The notes under the pieces: generated by a model
What the model was told of the DNA's origin: nothing
Databases searched by the model: none
The model's input: the letters and a program-made list of their open reading frames with translations, nothing else
Translations under genes and position numbers: made by a program
NCBI GenBank assembly: GCA_030141605.1
Contig: JAQGDQ010000014.1
Span: forward strand, 744,001-808,000
Origin: Tubiluchus corallicola
Taxonomy: Eukaryota; Animalia; Priapulida
Reading direction: 5' to 3'
Length of the DNA: 64,000 nucleotides
Part shown: piece by piece, positions 10,140 through 22,972 of the stretch
How positions within the stretch are numbered: position 1 is the stretch's first letter
Layout: each line of letters opens with the position of its first letter

Positions 10140-10624
10140 ACTCACTCAGTCATTTAGCTGACCTAGTCGCCTTTGTCTTCTAGCTTTTTTCGCTCTCTTT
10201 TTGCATTTTTCTCATTTCCTTGTTACTTGTATTTCGTTTCGTTCTTCCCTCGTTCCCTTATTTTCACGAAAGTTGATGTTTATATGCATATATATATATA
10301 CGAAAAATTAATGAAACATTATACTACACAAACTTAAAATCTACTTGCTATCATTCTATGATATGATACGATACGATACGATATGACATGGCATGGCATG
10401 GTGTCGTATCGTATCATACCGTAGCTAGTTTGACAGTTCTTATTATGCGTTTTCTTTAGTTTTGCATCAGTTATCATTCACAATACTTTAGTCAATATAC
10501 ATTGGCTTTGCGACTGTATGTTTCAAAAGTGAAACAGTTATACAATATATTCTGACGTCATAAGTTTCATACAATATGCAGTTATAGACTCTATATATGT
10601 AAGTCAAACTTTATACATACTCAC

Positions 10625-10688
10625 TTGTCTATATTAGAGAAATAGTTTTGTAGTGCCACATATTCAGCTTCTTCAGGCGATAGGTACA
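10625..10688 (-). CDS. Agatoxin-like peptide precursor, middle exon (acidic propeptide)
   Basis: tttttatag| ... |gtgagt, 64 nt, phase 1/phase 2; VYLSPEEAEYVALQNYFSNID(K); joins both neighbouring exons in frame. Confidence 0.8.
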
Positions 10689-12689
10689 CTATAAAAAGCA
10701 AATTTGAATGTAGGCCCATCAGTTTATAAACTTACTAAGCAATACTAAGTTAAAAGTTATACCTAAAACATCATTTCCATCGCTAATCTTAGTTAACTAT
10801 ATCTTATTAAATCTATTGCCCATTTCTCAATAAATTATAATACTATAAGTTAAATATAATAGCAATGGTGCAAAATTCACTAATGCACTTAGTCGCCATT
10901 CACAGCAGTAACAAATACCAAGAGTACTGCTAGCTTTAATATTCCTGTAACAATTGTCCACAACCATATGGCTCCTGGCAACACTGTTAGCTCGTGTATG
11001 TAGCAGCATTACTTCAAATGCAAGTACTTGGATGCAATAGCTGTTGTACAATGGATTTCTATCAAGGACTATAAACATATTCTACATTCTCTCTAAAATG
11101 GCAATATAATAACTTTGTTTTCGTATTCCCCCACACCTACAATAATTCTACCATAGCAGAAAAGTATCGAAGACAATATTCTGTGGTTTTCTTTTTTTAA
11201 AAAACTGTCTTTAGAAATTCTGAAATGTTTGCTTGCGATTGTTACTGACAGAATCTCAGAATCGAAATTAACATTTTCATTTGTAATTCAAGGTATGTGT
11301 AAAAATGAAAAATCTGTTTCAACCTCATCAGCCTATCACACAAAAAAATTTGAATAATTTTTGTGCATAGTACATGGACTATGAATATATACATTCCTCC
11401 AAAAATGGCAAGATCCATATAACACCAAAAAATTTCAGTTGTACGTTTATTGAAATACACACAGTTCTTAGCGGCATTTACTTTCAGGACAACATAGTTT
11501 TTTCAATTCAGGTTTCTAGGCTTTTGTCGAACATGCTTTTTGGTATTATAAATCTTTAATGCGAATTCTTTGCCAAGAATTTTTTTACCTGCTAACTATA
11601 GCCAACTTGACTAATTACCACAGAATATATCCAACTAATTACAAGGCCGAAAGGGGCAAATTGATTACAATAATTTTATTCTTCTGGACAAGTCTTAAAA
11701 ATATGTATTTAGTAAACTTCAAATCTCAAACATAATGACTATGACAACACGTCTTGTTCTCTCATTATACTGACACGTTTAGCCATTAATTCCATTTTGC
11801 TGCTAAGGAGGACGGTTAAAAATTATTAGTGTCATACTTTTAGTCATTATGTCACAACTGTTCTAACACTTATTCTTACAAATAATGAAGTTTATAAGCT
11901 TATGTTACGAGCAACTTTGAGCAGTTTGGCAAGGCACAAATGGTGACAGTAAGCACTTTAAGATTCGAAATACCATTTCAAAAGTGAAATTACGAAAGCA
12001 AAGCCTCCAAGAAACACTGACTGTTATGACGCAACTCCAGTCAAAGAAACAAGTAAGAACAGCAACGGGTTTGTATATCGGTCTTAAAAAACAGAAGAAG
12101 AAAAGTAAAGTAAAGCTCCACTCAGCAAATTAGCCACAGCATCATTATTACCGGACAATAAACATAACAGCGGTTTACTTCCGGAGGTTAAAAGTAAAGG
12201 AGATGAGGTCACCGGGATATCAATCAGTTTGGCAATTTGCCTTATAGAACAATTTGAAAGCAAGACAGAAGTGAGCTTTGAAAACACAATCCCCGACGAG
12301 GCAATAAAAAGTAATAGTATCTGATGCTAGCCCAGCTATTAGTTCGTCTGAAACCTGAGCCAGGAATTTTTTGATGAAAGATTTGATATGCTAATACGAC
12401 GAATAAGTCACTCACGTCAATGGTTTGACCAGATAAAACAGCAATCGCTCAACAGTCTACACCATGTACTTCTGACGTTTGACGGCGCTAACTATTTTCA
12501 ATTCCGTACGAATCATACAATCTCATTATTTTAACATGTGGAACAGTAGACTATTTGTAAATAATAATCGTCGAACGTGGCAGATATGAATGTTTATTGT
12601 AGTATTTTATTGTAGTGTTATGTAATGTTTCTTGTGATTTTTTGTATGGCTTTCATGCTGAAATGAACTAATTTAATCTAATATAATCT

Positions 12690-13030
12690 AATTGCCCCAG
12701 AATCCATGAACGACCAAGCATCTTGTCAGAGAAAGATTGAAGAAGTACAACAATTAGCTTCAAAATTCTGGTTAAGATGAAAAAAAATTGTGATAAAGAA
12801 AAAAGCTTTTTTCAGAAGCATCCAACCTGACATTGGACAGCATTGTGTTACTAATACGTACTGATGCACCCATACGAGAATGGAAACTCGGGCGTATCAT
12901 GGACACTGAGCCAGGAAGCGATGGATTACTAGGTGACGTTGATTTTTTGACTGGAAAGATTCTTCCTCGATAGAAAAAGCTAGACACATTAAAAAGGTCT
13001 TCTAATTAGGTGATTTTGTCAGGTGATCGT
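12690..13030 (+). mobile_element. Decayed BEL/Pao LTR retrotransposon integrase C-terminal region, in the ALP intron
   Basis: Reading VQQLASKFWLR*...VLLIRTDAPIREWKLGRIMDTEPGSDG with stops and frameshifts. Confidence 0.7.
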
Positions 13031-13707
13031 CCTGTAATAACCAAACAGCTAAAATTCTTGAAATTAGGAAAACAAGTTCCTTGATTATGTTACTGCTGCA
13101 AAAGGTAATGATCATAGTACATATAGAATGTGTTAATCGCTATTCCTAATTTGCAGTTCATTATTCGCTGGTATAATGCTCAGCGCTAGTATCCCCCGGG
13201 GACACCGAGAGGGCCGGATATGGTTAAAATGTAATAGAATTTTCGCCTTGATCTCATATGACTCTCGTACCATGTCTCACTTATCTATGCAGGCAAGACA
13301 GATAGTTAATTTCGTCTTTTGCTGGTAAAAAGAATGCAACTCACTTCTTCAGTTTAGATGTTGCTTATCTTGTTTACTAATATTCCTCTTCAAGAATCAA
13401 TTAACATGTGCTTTGACTCACTATTCAATTCCAACACTATGGTAGACACTTTTAGAACTTTAAATCTGTGACATGTTCAACACTGAATTTAGATAATGTG
13501 ACTAGTGGCAATGAATTCAACATTCGCACCTATTCTGGTCATGTTTTTCTACATTTTACAAAAGATAAATATAATCTATAAATTTAAGTGGTGCATGACT
13601 TCCAATAGGTTTTCAAAAACATCCTGTTGTCAATACACTCACTTTCTAAATAAAAACGTTTAACACACTAGTATAAGCGGAGTCTTGAAAAAACATGGCT
13701 AGATTAC

Positions 13708-13792
13708 CTTCGTCATCGTCTTCAGGATCTGATGATGCAATGGCCACAAATAAACACGCTACGAACATAATCGTGATTACCGTACGCTGCAT
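13708..13792 (-). CDS. Agatoxin-like peptide precursor, first coding exon (signal peptide)
   Basis: ttacag|atATG ... G|gtaat; MQRTVITIMFVACLFVAIASS-DPEDDDE; phase 1, compatible with the middle exon. Confidence 0.82.
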
Positions 13793-13939
13793 ATCTGTAA
13801 AAAATAAACATACATATTAAATAATTTCATATTTTTTTACATTTATGTGTAATAAAATAATGATTTTATAAAAAATTACAACATAAATTACGAAATCAAA
13901 CTACATGAAAGAGCCAGCTTCTGGGAATCAACATGTTTA

Positions 13940-13982
13940 TTGAGTAACGACGTTTCGTTTACTGAAGCCATTATCAAACTAT
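13940..13982 (-). ncRNA. Degenerate minimal hammerhead-ribozyme-like motif (Penelope-type)
   Basis: Minus strand TTGATAA-tggcttcagtaaac-GAAACGTC followed by aataaa; the core deviates from CTGATGA. Confidence 0.4.
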
Positions 13983-14208
13983 AAATCAAGCCAAAAGAAG
14001 AATAAATACTACATTAATGATACAAAGGTACAAACCGAAACTACAAAACAACATTAATTTATCAAAATAAACTAGGTTGTAACGGAAGAAACGGAAGAAA
14101 TTGCAGAGAAATGTTTACCTAACACATGAGAACCAAAAAGCACACAGCAAGCAAACAATTAATCCAAGTCTACATAATGAAGAACCACAGCAGTAATTAT
14201 TACAAGAA

Positions 14209-14878
14209 CTAGCAAAGGCCCCGCAAAAAAATTTGCGTATAAATACGCTTATAATCAATAATACGCGAACATCCTACATAGACCTCATTTATAACGCAAA
14301 GCCAATAGCAGCTTTTACTGAATTAAAGTTATAAGGTTATAAGCAGAGTATAATGGATGACGTCAGAACAATTGCTCTGCGTCAGTAGTTTTCCAAGCGA
14401 AAATTGCCAAAAATAAAACATCTAATTAACTCGTCGCCACTCCTCTTAGTGGACCTCGTCTTTCCAAAGAGCCATATATCTATTTCCAAGAGTCACACGA
14501 AGCGCCGCTAGAGCGTTCTTTCTACGTTTGGCCAAAATTTCGAAAAAAAATGGGAGTTGGGTCCGGGAAAACGCCGTAGCCGTCCCACGGATTCTAAATA
14601 TGCTTACTACACCTACCGTTGAACGGGCTATTTAACCATTACCGGCACCATGCCAGGCACGTTTCCCTTCTCCAGAAAAAGACGTATAAGTTTTACAAAA
14701 AACGGCTGAAAATGGCCATTTTTGGAGGTTTTTCGCCTCCCGTTCGTCCCGGTGGGCCCGACTCGAAAAATAAACCCCCAATGAGAAGACACTAGATCTC
14801 TACCTTTCGTTTTATATATAGGTCGCTGCAAATGGAGCCGTCGTCGGAGCTGTAGCCTCGCATCTTTTATATATATAT
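14209..14878 (-). mobile_element. Non-autonomous Helitron-like element
   Basis: Minus strand begins with tatatatataaaa and ends in a hairpin (cgcaaa...tttgcg) followed by CTAG; GC-richer than the flanks. Confidence 0.65.
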
Positions 14879-15315
14879 AACGTACCACCGAAATTAATTA
14901 TACAGATAAAACACAACTTCTACATTTTGCACAGTTTACAACAAGTGGGAACTACAATAAAGGAAACCAGCAGCATATCAATGTGAAAGTGACAAGAAAA
15001 TCCACCAGGACCATTACAGACCCTGAGAAACATAATAATGAAGAACAGAAACAGACAGTGTGCGACAAGGTACCACCGATGATAGTTACGTATTAAGAAT
15101 TGGGCGGTGCTTCATAATGTATAACATTAAGACCTCTGCTGTCTTGAGATTTTGAACATTACTTGCACTATATAAAATGCTGAATGAAGAGCTGAAGCCA
15201 TCCCAATTACCTGCGCATGCAGTATGTTGAGAGCACGTATTTCATAGTTTTTAGAGCAAATTTTGACTTTTGTATAGTATTGTTTGTGGGCTCAAATAAA
15301 CTTTAAATAAATAAA

Positions 15316-15643
15316 GTTCTAAAATTATTAGCTAACGATGGAATGGCGTTACTACAATTTTGGGACTGTGTTAACTGAACATAAAGAAAGTGAAATAAGT
15401 AAGTTAAAGCAAGCGTCGTTCAAGGTAGTCCGTGTCGTCTAATGAGCGCTAAGTTCGGTTTGTAATCAATTATGAACTAGTTTAATTCTAAAAATTTTAG
15501 CTAATGACAGAACGACATTACTATATTTTTGGGACAAAAAGACTGTTAATTGAACAAAGTGAACATGGAATAAACGAGAGTTAAAGCATAAAAGTTCAAG
15601 GTAGTCGATGTAACCTAATCAGCATTTACTTCGGTTTGTAATC
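15316..15643. repeat. Diverged tandem duplication, two copies of about 165 bp
   Basis: ttctaaaa...tagctaa...ttcaaggtagtc...ttcggtttgtaatc occurs twice in tandem. Confidence 0.7.
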
Positions 15644-16995
15644 CTCGGATTTCTGGCTTCTCGCCTCAGCCAAAGTTTACAATGTCTATTTTTCGGATGA
15701 GATGATGCAAAAATGAATTACTGTAACCTTCATAAATACCACATGCGTTTCTGCGCAGCCGAAGACATCATTTAAAAAACATCAAAATAGGTCATTCAAG
15801 CCCATATCTTGTCAAAATGTGTGCTTTTTACCGTTTTTGACGGCCACTGTAAAAAGCATAGCCGTTTTGGAATTTTGATTGTCTAACATGTGAAAATGGG
15901 GCTTCCTTTGTATTATTTACGCCAAATTAGATTCTTGTATCACCATTTGACCGATTATTCCTAAATTTGCAAGTATCCTTTGTATGATTCACCCGAAATT
16001 ATACTTTCTCTTAACACAAAGTGTATACATTCAAATGTCAGTATATGATCAGAGTTGCTCTACATTAGCGTGGAGCATAACGAGCCGTTTATAGTAGTCA
16101 CGTAGTCACGAACAGTTTCATGAGAGGTGGCTGATATCGCATTAGAACAGTAATTACCGATTGAATAATTAATGGAGGATGATTCCACGGTAATAAAGCG
16201 ATTATTCTCTCAATGCAGCTTGATGATAATATGTTTTGATAGCAAAGAATAAGCTTATGACATACTGACCAATATTAGCTTTATTGTATACATAACTGGC
16301 ATATTGATGCAGCTTTGTGGCCTTTGTGTTTCTTCCTGCCGCCTTATGTCTAACGCACATGGACAGTAATAAACTCGGAACACGAAACAATAAAAACAAA
16401 AAACTCATAATAATAACGAAAAATACTAATGCAAGAAATACAAAAACGACTGCAAAACAATTGGAAAACAAATTTGTTTCGCATTTCTTTTTTGCAACTC
16501 TCTTTGCGCGCTAGGCTTTAGCTGTTGTGCGCGCACTTTTAAATAGCATTTGTATTACTGCTGCATCGTTTGTTACTATTGACACTACTACTGCTGTTAC
16601 AGACGCTGACGGTTGTTATTGTTGTTCTTGTTCTTGTCGTTGTTTCTATAGTTGTTGCGTTGCTGCTACTGCTCCTGATGATGATAATAATCATAAAGAT
16701 GATGATAACGGTGATGGTGACGATGGTGGTGAGGATGATGATGATGACGGTGCTGTTTGGCCTTTTGTTACGCGTACTTCTACAACCATATCGAACTCTT
16801 TTTTAAAGTATCTTTTTGAGGTAGCCGCATCCTCTTTGTCAGGTGACACTGGCATTGTAAAAATCTAATTAATTTATCCTGACTTTTGTTTGTGCTGAAT
16901 GCTTTGTCAGTTTCTTCATCTTTCGCTTTTGCTGCTGTAGAAAATTGGATGGCATCTAAAATTGTCATTTATCACGAACAATCAGTATTACTTAC

Positions 16996-17075
16996 GCCTT
17001 CTATATGAAGCTAAAGAGGATAAGAATGAAAGTTGGTTGTCAGTTGTTGCGGCGACAGATATGGGTTATTTAGAG
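16996..17075 (-). promoter_or_regulatory. Candidate promoter/5' non-coding exon of the ALP gene
   Basis: Consensus donor aaggc|gtaagt at 16995 with an AT-rich taaataa upstream; the first coding exon starts with an acceptor 2 nt before its ATG, so a 5' UTR exon is expected. Confidence 0.3.
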
Positions 17076-17354
17076 AAGCTGTAGATTGAGCCATTTGAAG
17101 AAAGGCCGCATTTAATTTAAGGAAAGCATTCTACGTAGCCACCATTACAATTGGGCCAGATTGCCACTCATAAAATTATACGGCCTACATGGGGTTACAG
17201 AACTCGGTTGAGTTAACTTCTAGAAATTTAATCTTTTGCCGTTTTCACTGTTTGTAATCATGCTCTTAATTACCATGCTCATAAAGACCTTATTATTATT
17301 TTAATAGAATTATGTACAGTATTGCAACATGTTAAGTGTACTTCTGAGTACTCT

Positions 17355-17485
17355 TCTGAGTATCACAATTGCTATCAGAAATTACTAACAAGCTAGAGAA
17401 GAGTACATAAGCGAATTCACAGAACTACATATTGCAATTCAGAGACCGACATGCATAAGTAATGAGAAGCAACGGTTATTATAAG
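17355..17485. repeat. Dispersed repeat with an inverted copy at about 38020-38150
   Basis: gagtatcac...gaagagtacataagcgaattcacag...gagaagcaacggttattataa is the reverse complement of about 38022-38150. Confidence 0.8.
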
Positions 17486-18494
17486 TTTTTGTCAATATTG
17501 GCCCAGATATGAGATTTTCTTTTTGAGCTGCTCGTATTTAAACATTGTTTCACAGTTTGATGCATAGTGGGACATAGGTACATGTAAAAATTCTTATGTC
17601 TGATGGGAAATCTGCTGCAACAGATATGATGACTGCAGAGTCTGATTTACAACCACTTTGGTAGCTCTCATCTAAAGGTTAATTAGATGGCTGAAGTATC
17701 TATATTCTTCGAATGTCTATCTAAATGCAGAAACATATGAGTGTGTAGAGGAAATTTGAGGAAGTTTGAACATCAGAGGGAATTTGAAAATATTTACCAA
17801 AAAACTTTCCATACAAAGTTTTATTACCTGCATTATCATTACCTGTTTGGAAGACTTCTGCAATTGAAAAAGAAAATTCTTTGTAATTTAAAACGTTTGC
17901 GCTAGCTACTAATGCGTCATTGACTCACTGTTCCAAAGTGCAGCAAAAAAACGGTCATTGACTATGTAACAAAAACTCATCAAAAACTTTTTCTTAGATA
18001 GTGAAGTGTGCGTTGCAAATGCTCTCATTCTCTTATCGACCTTTACTTACCTAAATCTTATTTTAAACTTGTTTCTAACGACTTACCGCTAAAATGGCTG
18101 CGCCTAACTGTCGACGCGGGAGTTTAAATATTTTCAAGTTTCAGACAGCATCATCGCTTGCTAATACAAGTTTTGTTCGTGCACGACGAACCGCATGTAG
18201 GCGACATAAAATTTGAAGACGAATATTTTTAGCTTTTGTAAGAACAGTGTTTTCTTTTGCTTTAAACATAGATCACAGTCGTTAGAATAGGACAGCACAG
18301 CATGACATCAGGCTCTCCCACATTAAATACTTCTCCATCTCGCTAGGAGGGTAACTAATTAATAAGAAACCTTTATGCTTTGAACACAGCGTTGCACCTA
18401 AACAAAGATCTGCCATTCCATTTGCAGGTTGCAGCGATATTCTGGTAAAACACGTAAAGCAGAGTGTGGCTTGATATATAAGTGTGTGTACAAT

Positions 18495-18532
<38 letters not shown>

Positions 18533-18567
<35 letters not shown>

Positions 18568-18610
18568 GCGTGTGCGTGTGTGTGCCTGTGTGAGGATGTG
18601 TATGTGTGTG

Positions 18611-18706
<96 letters not shown>

Positions 18707-18755
18707 TGTTTGCGTGCGTGCGTGCGTGTGTGTGTGTGCGTCCGTGCGTGTGTGT
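18533..18755. repeat. (TG)n microsatellite
   Basis: Direct reading. Confidence 0.95.
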
Positions 18756-19694
18756 AAATTTTTGAGTCTGAGACGTCAGAGTATCTCTGTGGTGTGGTTT
18801 GTAGTGTTTAAAACAGCTGCCCGAAAATCAAAGACTCTTGAGTTCTACTTTTAGTTGAAGGTGATAAAATTTTTCTAAATTTCTAATTTAGTATTGCTTT
18901 CGCGCGTTTATTTTATTTATTGAAGTGGTTGACACAGAAATTGAATATTATACATGTATTTGGTTCAAAGAAGCAGTTTACTTGTTTCCTTAAACTAAAA
19001 TGATTAAGTTGGATGGCTCATATGAGTTTCAAGTTAATGCGGCTTTTATTTATTTACTTACTTATTCATTCATTCATTCGGTCAGTCAGTCAGTCATTCA
19101 TTCGTTTGTTTGTTTTTTGTTTAGGGCTATCTGTTTATTTCAGGTTTTTGCCTATATTAGTTCCATTCTGTGGGCAATCCAACAGCTTAACGTTGAGCAA
19201 AACAGCATTTTCTCTCTCTTGTTCCTTATGTACCTCTGAGACCAGTCCTTAGCTGCGCTACTAATGAAATCCTTGCTTCTTCCAGATTAATTTACGTCAA
19301 GATTTTTCTTGGCACCATTACAATAAAAGCGTTAAGCTACGCAAATAAACGAATTAAATAGCCAATCTCGAATAAATGTTTAGTAAACCGTCTTAGCGTG
19401 AAAAAGTTTAATGAGTAACGCAGTGCACTGCGAAACTGTTACAAGCAACTGATCCATTTAAGGTTCTCGCATTCTGATTATCACATGAAACTGACTTTGA
19501 ATTGATGAAGTTTAATATTCACTGTTACGAATGAAAAACGAAGATGTCATCAGAGATTGATGATCCTATTGCACGAAATGGATAATCCAATGTAGCTGTC
19601 ATCTTATATGCATATAAAGTATAGATTTACCACTGTCATTAACATAAAATTTTAGTTAAGAGCTATATTGCACAACTAAGGTCTTAGATAAGAT

Positions 19695-19865
19695 AGAGAC
19701 TGAGATGTAGGGAGAGGAAGAGGAAGAGGAAGAGAGAGAAAGCAAGAGAGAGAGAGAGAGAGAGAGAAAATGAAAGGGAGCGAGAGAAAGGAAAGAGAGT
19801 GAAGCCGGAAAGAAGAGAGAAAAAGAGAGGGAAGTTTGAGACACAGACAGAGAGAAAGAGAGGGG

Positions 19866-19903
<38 letters not shown>

Positions 19904-19930
19904 AAGAGAAAGAGAAAAAGAAGGAGAAAT
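19695..19930. repeat. GA-rich polypurine tract
   Basis: Direct reading. Confidence 0.9.
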
Positions 19931-20452
19931 AGAGAATCAGGTATATTAAATCTGTAAGTGCGCTCTTTGATATGGAATAAAACACTGACGCAACATATCT
20001 ATATATGTGTATAAACATGTAATAATCTGAATTTGTATTAAAACCTTGACAATCAATAAAATGAATTTAAAGAGATGTGATCAGTTAGAGTTAAGTGGTA
20101 ACCATTACATCAAAGCAAGCAAGCTATCTCTCTCTCCCCCTTCTCGCTTTCTTACTGCCAACGTTAAGAAACCCGTTATGTGATTCACAAATGTATAACG
20201 AAAAGAGGCACTGAAGGCGATTATGATTCTGTCCTCAATATTTCATTGATACGTGATATTACTGTCAGCCGCAAAGACATTTAATTTTGTCAACTTTACA
20301 TTTCATATTTAACTGCAAGCATTGTGAGCAAGTACGAAGCCCATTCTACGCATAATTGCTTCTTCCAATGCATGCTGGAAACCGATATGAATGTGTGAAT
20401 AAGAATAAAAGTTTTGGGGCCTAACAGGACACAGGGCACGAGGTATGCGCCG

Positions 20453-20489
<37 letters not shown>

Positions 20490-20674
20490 CCACACATACC
20501 GGCACATGCACACACCACAGCTGGGGGTCGTAATCCTTCTAGGGCAAACGAATTGTGGATTCTGAAAGCAAAAGCTAGTTATCCTAATGGCAAAATTCTG
20601 TCTCTAAATTTAAAATTTCTGTATTCCAAAAAGACTAAAAATATAATAACTTTACCGACGCCAATTTGTAACGA

Positions 20675-21005
20675 GCACCTAGCTTCAAAACTCAAAGTTT
20701 GTATCGGACACTTAGCTTCAAGACTGTGAGTTTGTATCAGACACCTAGCTTTAAGACTGTGAGTTTGTATCGGACACCTAGTTTCAAGACTCTTGAGTTT
20801 GTATCGGACACCTAGCTTCAAGAGTTTGTATCGGACACTTAGTTTCAAGACTCTGAGTTTGTATCGGACGAGTAGCTTCAAGACTCGGAGTTTGTATTGG
20901 AACACCTGGCTTCAAGACTCATAGTTTGTATCGGATTGTTTCAGACACTTAGCTTCAAGATTTAGAGTTTGTATCAGACACCTAGCTTCAAGACATAGAG
21001 TTTGA
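20675..21005. repeat. Minisatellite, about 10 copies of a 33-bp unit (gagtttgtatcggacacctagcttcaagactct)
   Basis: Direct reading; head-to-tail units without unique spacers. Confidence 0.9.
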
Positions 21006-21032
21006 ATCTTAAACAGAAGCTCAAATTGATAT

Positions 21033-21368
21033 TGTAGCGGATCCGGGGTCCAGCGCGAATCCGTCTCAGGATGTACAGAGCGGCATACAAGTTATGGAAT
21101 TTCACAGCAGACAAGAAAAGTTAAAAGATCCGGAATACGAGTGTAAAATAAACTTTATTGCATAACTAGTATCTCCAAAAGAATGACATGTGAAAAGACT
21201 TTTGTATAAAGATTAGCCAAGTCCACAGCATTGAAATAGAAAGGCCAGGTTGGAATCATCAAATTACGGCATGCATTCCGTTTTATACAGGTACATTTGC
21301 ATTACTGGGCTTCTCAACCATACCCATTACTAACATTAGGGGGTTAGTCAAAATCTGCCTTCGTAACA
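21033..21368 (-). mobile_element. Solo LTR (Gypsy-type), ATAT target-site duplication
   Basis: TG...CA ends flanked by atat on both sides; minus-strand tataaaa and aataaa; second copy at 57666-57999. Confidence 0.85.
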
Positions 21369-22171
21369 ATATTATTAATAATTCCGTCTGCGCATTTAAT
21401 GTTAACGGGAAAAGTTTGTCAGATAACCAGAACCATAAAACCAGATTGGCTACTCAGAACAAACAATAACGCATTGTTGCAAACAATCTGATTGCTGTAT
21501 TTCGTTTCTACATTTACAAGTATCTCACGTCGACAAATCTTAATGATTTTATTGCTCAAATTTCAGATTTGTTATATAATCCAGTGCGAATCTGGCAGAT
21601 GCAGAAAGAAACTTGATCACCAACTGTGACATCACAGATAAAATATGAGGGAGCCGACAAGTAACTTTACTCTATAATAAATGCAGTCAGTGGTGTCATT
21701 TTCCACGTCTGAAGCCCATAATTTCAAGACGACGCTAATAAAGGAACACTATACGTCAAACATGCTTAACAATGTGTACTATGTTATAGCATGTGTGCAT
21801 TGTAGTTAGGGATGATATTTATTTGAAACAGATTCAAACGTAGTAATAGCATAATTATTAACTAAAAAACATGAGCTTGATTCATGCTGAAATTGACAGA
21901 AAACACCTTTTTTGCGTACTAAGAATACACATGAAGAGAAACAAAGACGGAAAGAGTAATAGTTGTTGTTGCTGCAATGACCATGAATTAAATTATAACA
22001 TTCTCACACATCCAGTTCTAACCTATTAAGATATTAAGTGTAGTTCACACTTACAAATTTATCTATTAGGTAACACGTTTGCTCCGTAATTATGAATGTC
22101 ATAACAATATCAGATTACTATCAAAATTAGCAAAGAACATTTATAAATACAACAGATGTTGCATGCTATTG

Positions 22172-22294
22172 TTGTTGCTAGTATTGTTGATGCTTTTGCT
22201 GCTACTATTGCTGCTGTTGGTGCTGTCGCTATTGTTACACAGTTGTCGTTGTTGTTGGTAGACAGACAGTGAAAAAAAGAGCTGGAGAGAGAGG

Positions 22295-22342
<48 letters not shown>

Positions 22343-22694
22343 TTAGAAACGTTTCTGTACTTTTGTTTTGTTTTTGTAACGTTTACTTGACTATACGCAC
22401 TCTGTCGTGCACGTAAGTCAAGCAAGTTCTTATACAACCGTTATCGATGTGGATGTAATGACGATCCTACCACGTGTGTGCATTCCTTATAAAGAGCAAT
22501 TATTGTGTTACTTAATCATGAATTACGATGAGGTCTCATCTTCAGAAGGAATACTGTTGCTAGTATTGTTGATGCTTTTGCTGCTACTATTGCTGCTGTT
22601 GGTGCTGTCGCTATTTATTACACAGTTGTCGTTGTTGTTGGTAAACAGACAGTGAAAAAAAGAGCTGGAGAGAGAGGGGGAGTAGGGGAAGAGG

Positions 22695-22761
<67 letters not shown>

Positions 22762-22972
22762 AGTTAGAAACGTTTCTGTACTTTTGTTTTGTTTTTGTAA
22801 CGTTTACTTGACCATACACACTCAGTCGTGCACGTAAGTCAAGCAAGTTCTTATACAACCGTTATCGATGTCGATGTAATGACGATCCTACCACGTGTGT
22901 GCATTCCTTATAAAGAGCAATTATTGTGTTACTTAATCATGAATTACGATGAGGTCTCATCTTCAGAAGGAA
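22172..22972. repeat. Near-identical tandem duplication (about 385 and 420 bp) containing (AG)n arrays of different length
   Basis: tgttgctagtattgttgatgc...ctcatcttcagaaggaa occurs at about 22172-22551 and 22555-22972. Confidence 0.9.

Noticed and set aside
9984-10141. ER-repeat N-terminus of ORF 9833-10141
   Set aside because: Intronic (GA)n read-through; the real N-terminus comes from the upstream exons.
16527-16868. Cys/Asp-rich ORF resembling a metallothionein
   Set aside because: Composition comes from degenerate (TGT/GAT)n microsatellites, and there is no ATG start.
18482-20518. CV-, SL- and HT-repeat ORFs
   Set aside because: Translations of dinucleotide microsatellites.
20675-21005. 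CRISPR-like array (33-bp repeats)
   Set aside because: Head-to-tail units without unique spacers, no cas genes, eukaryotic context.
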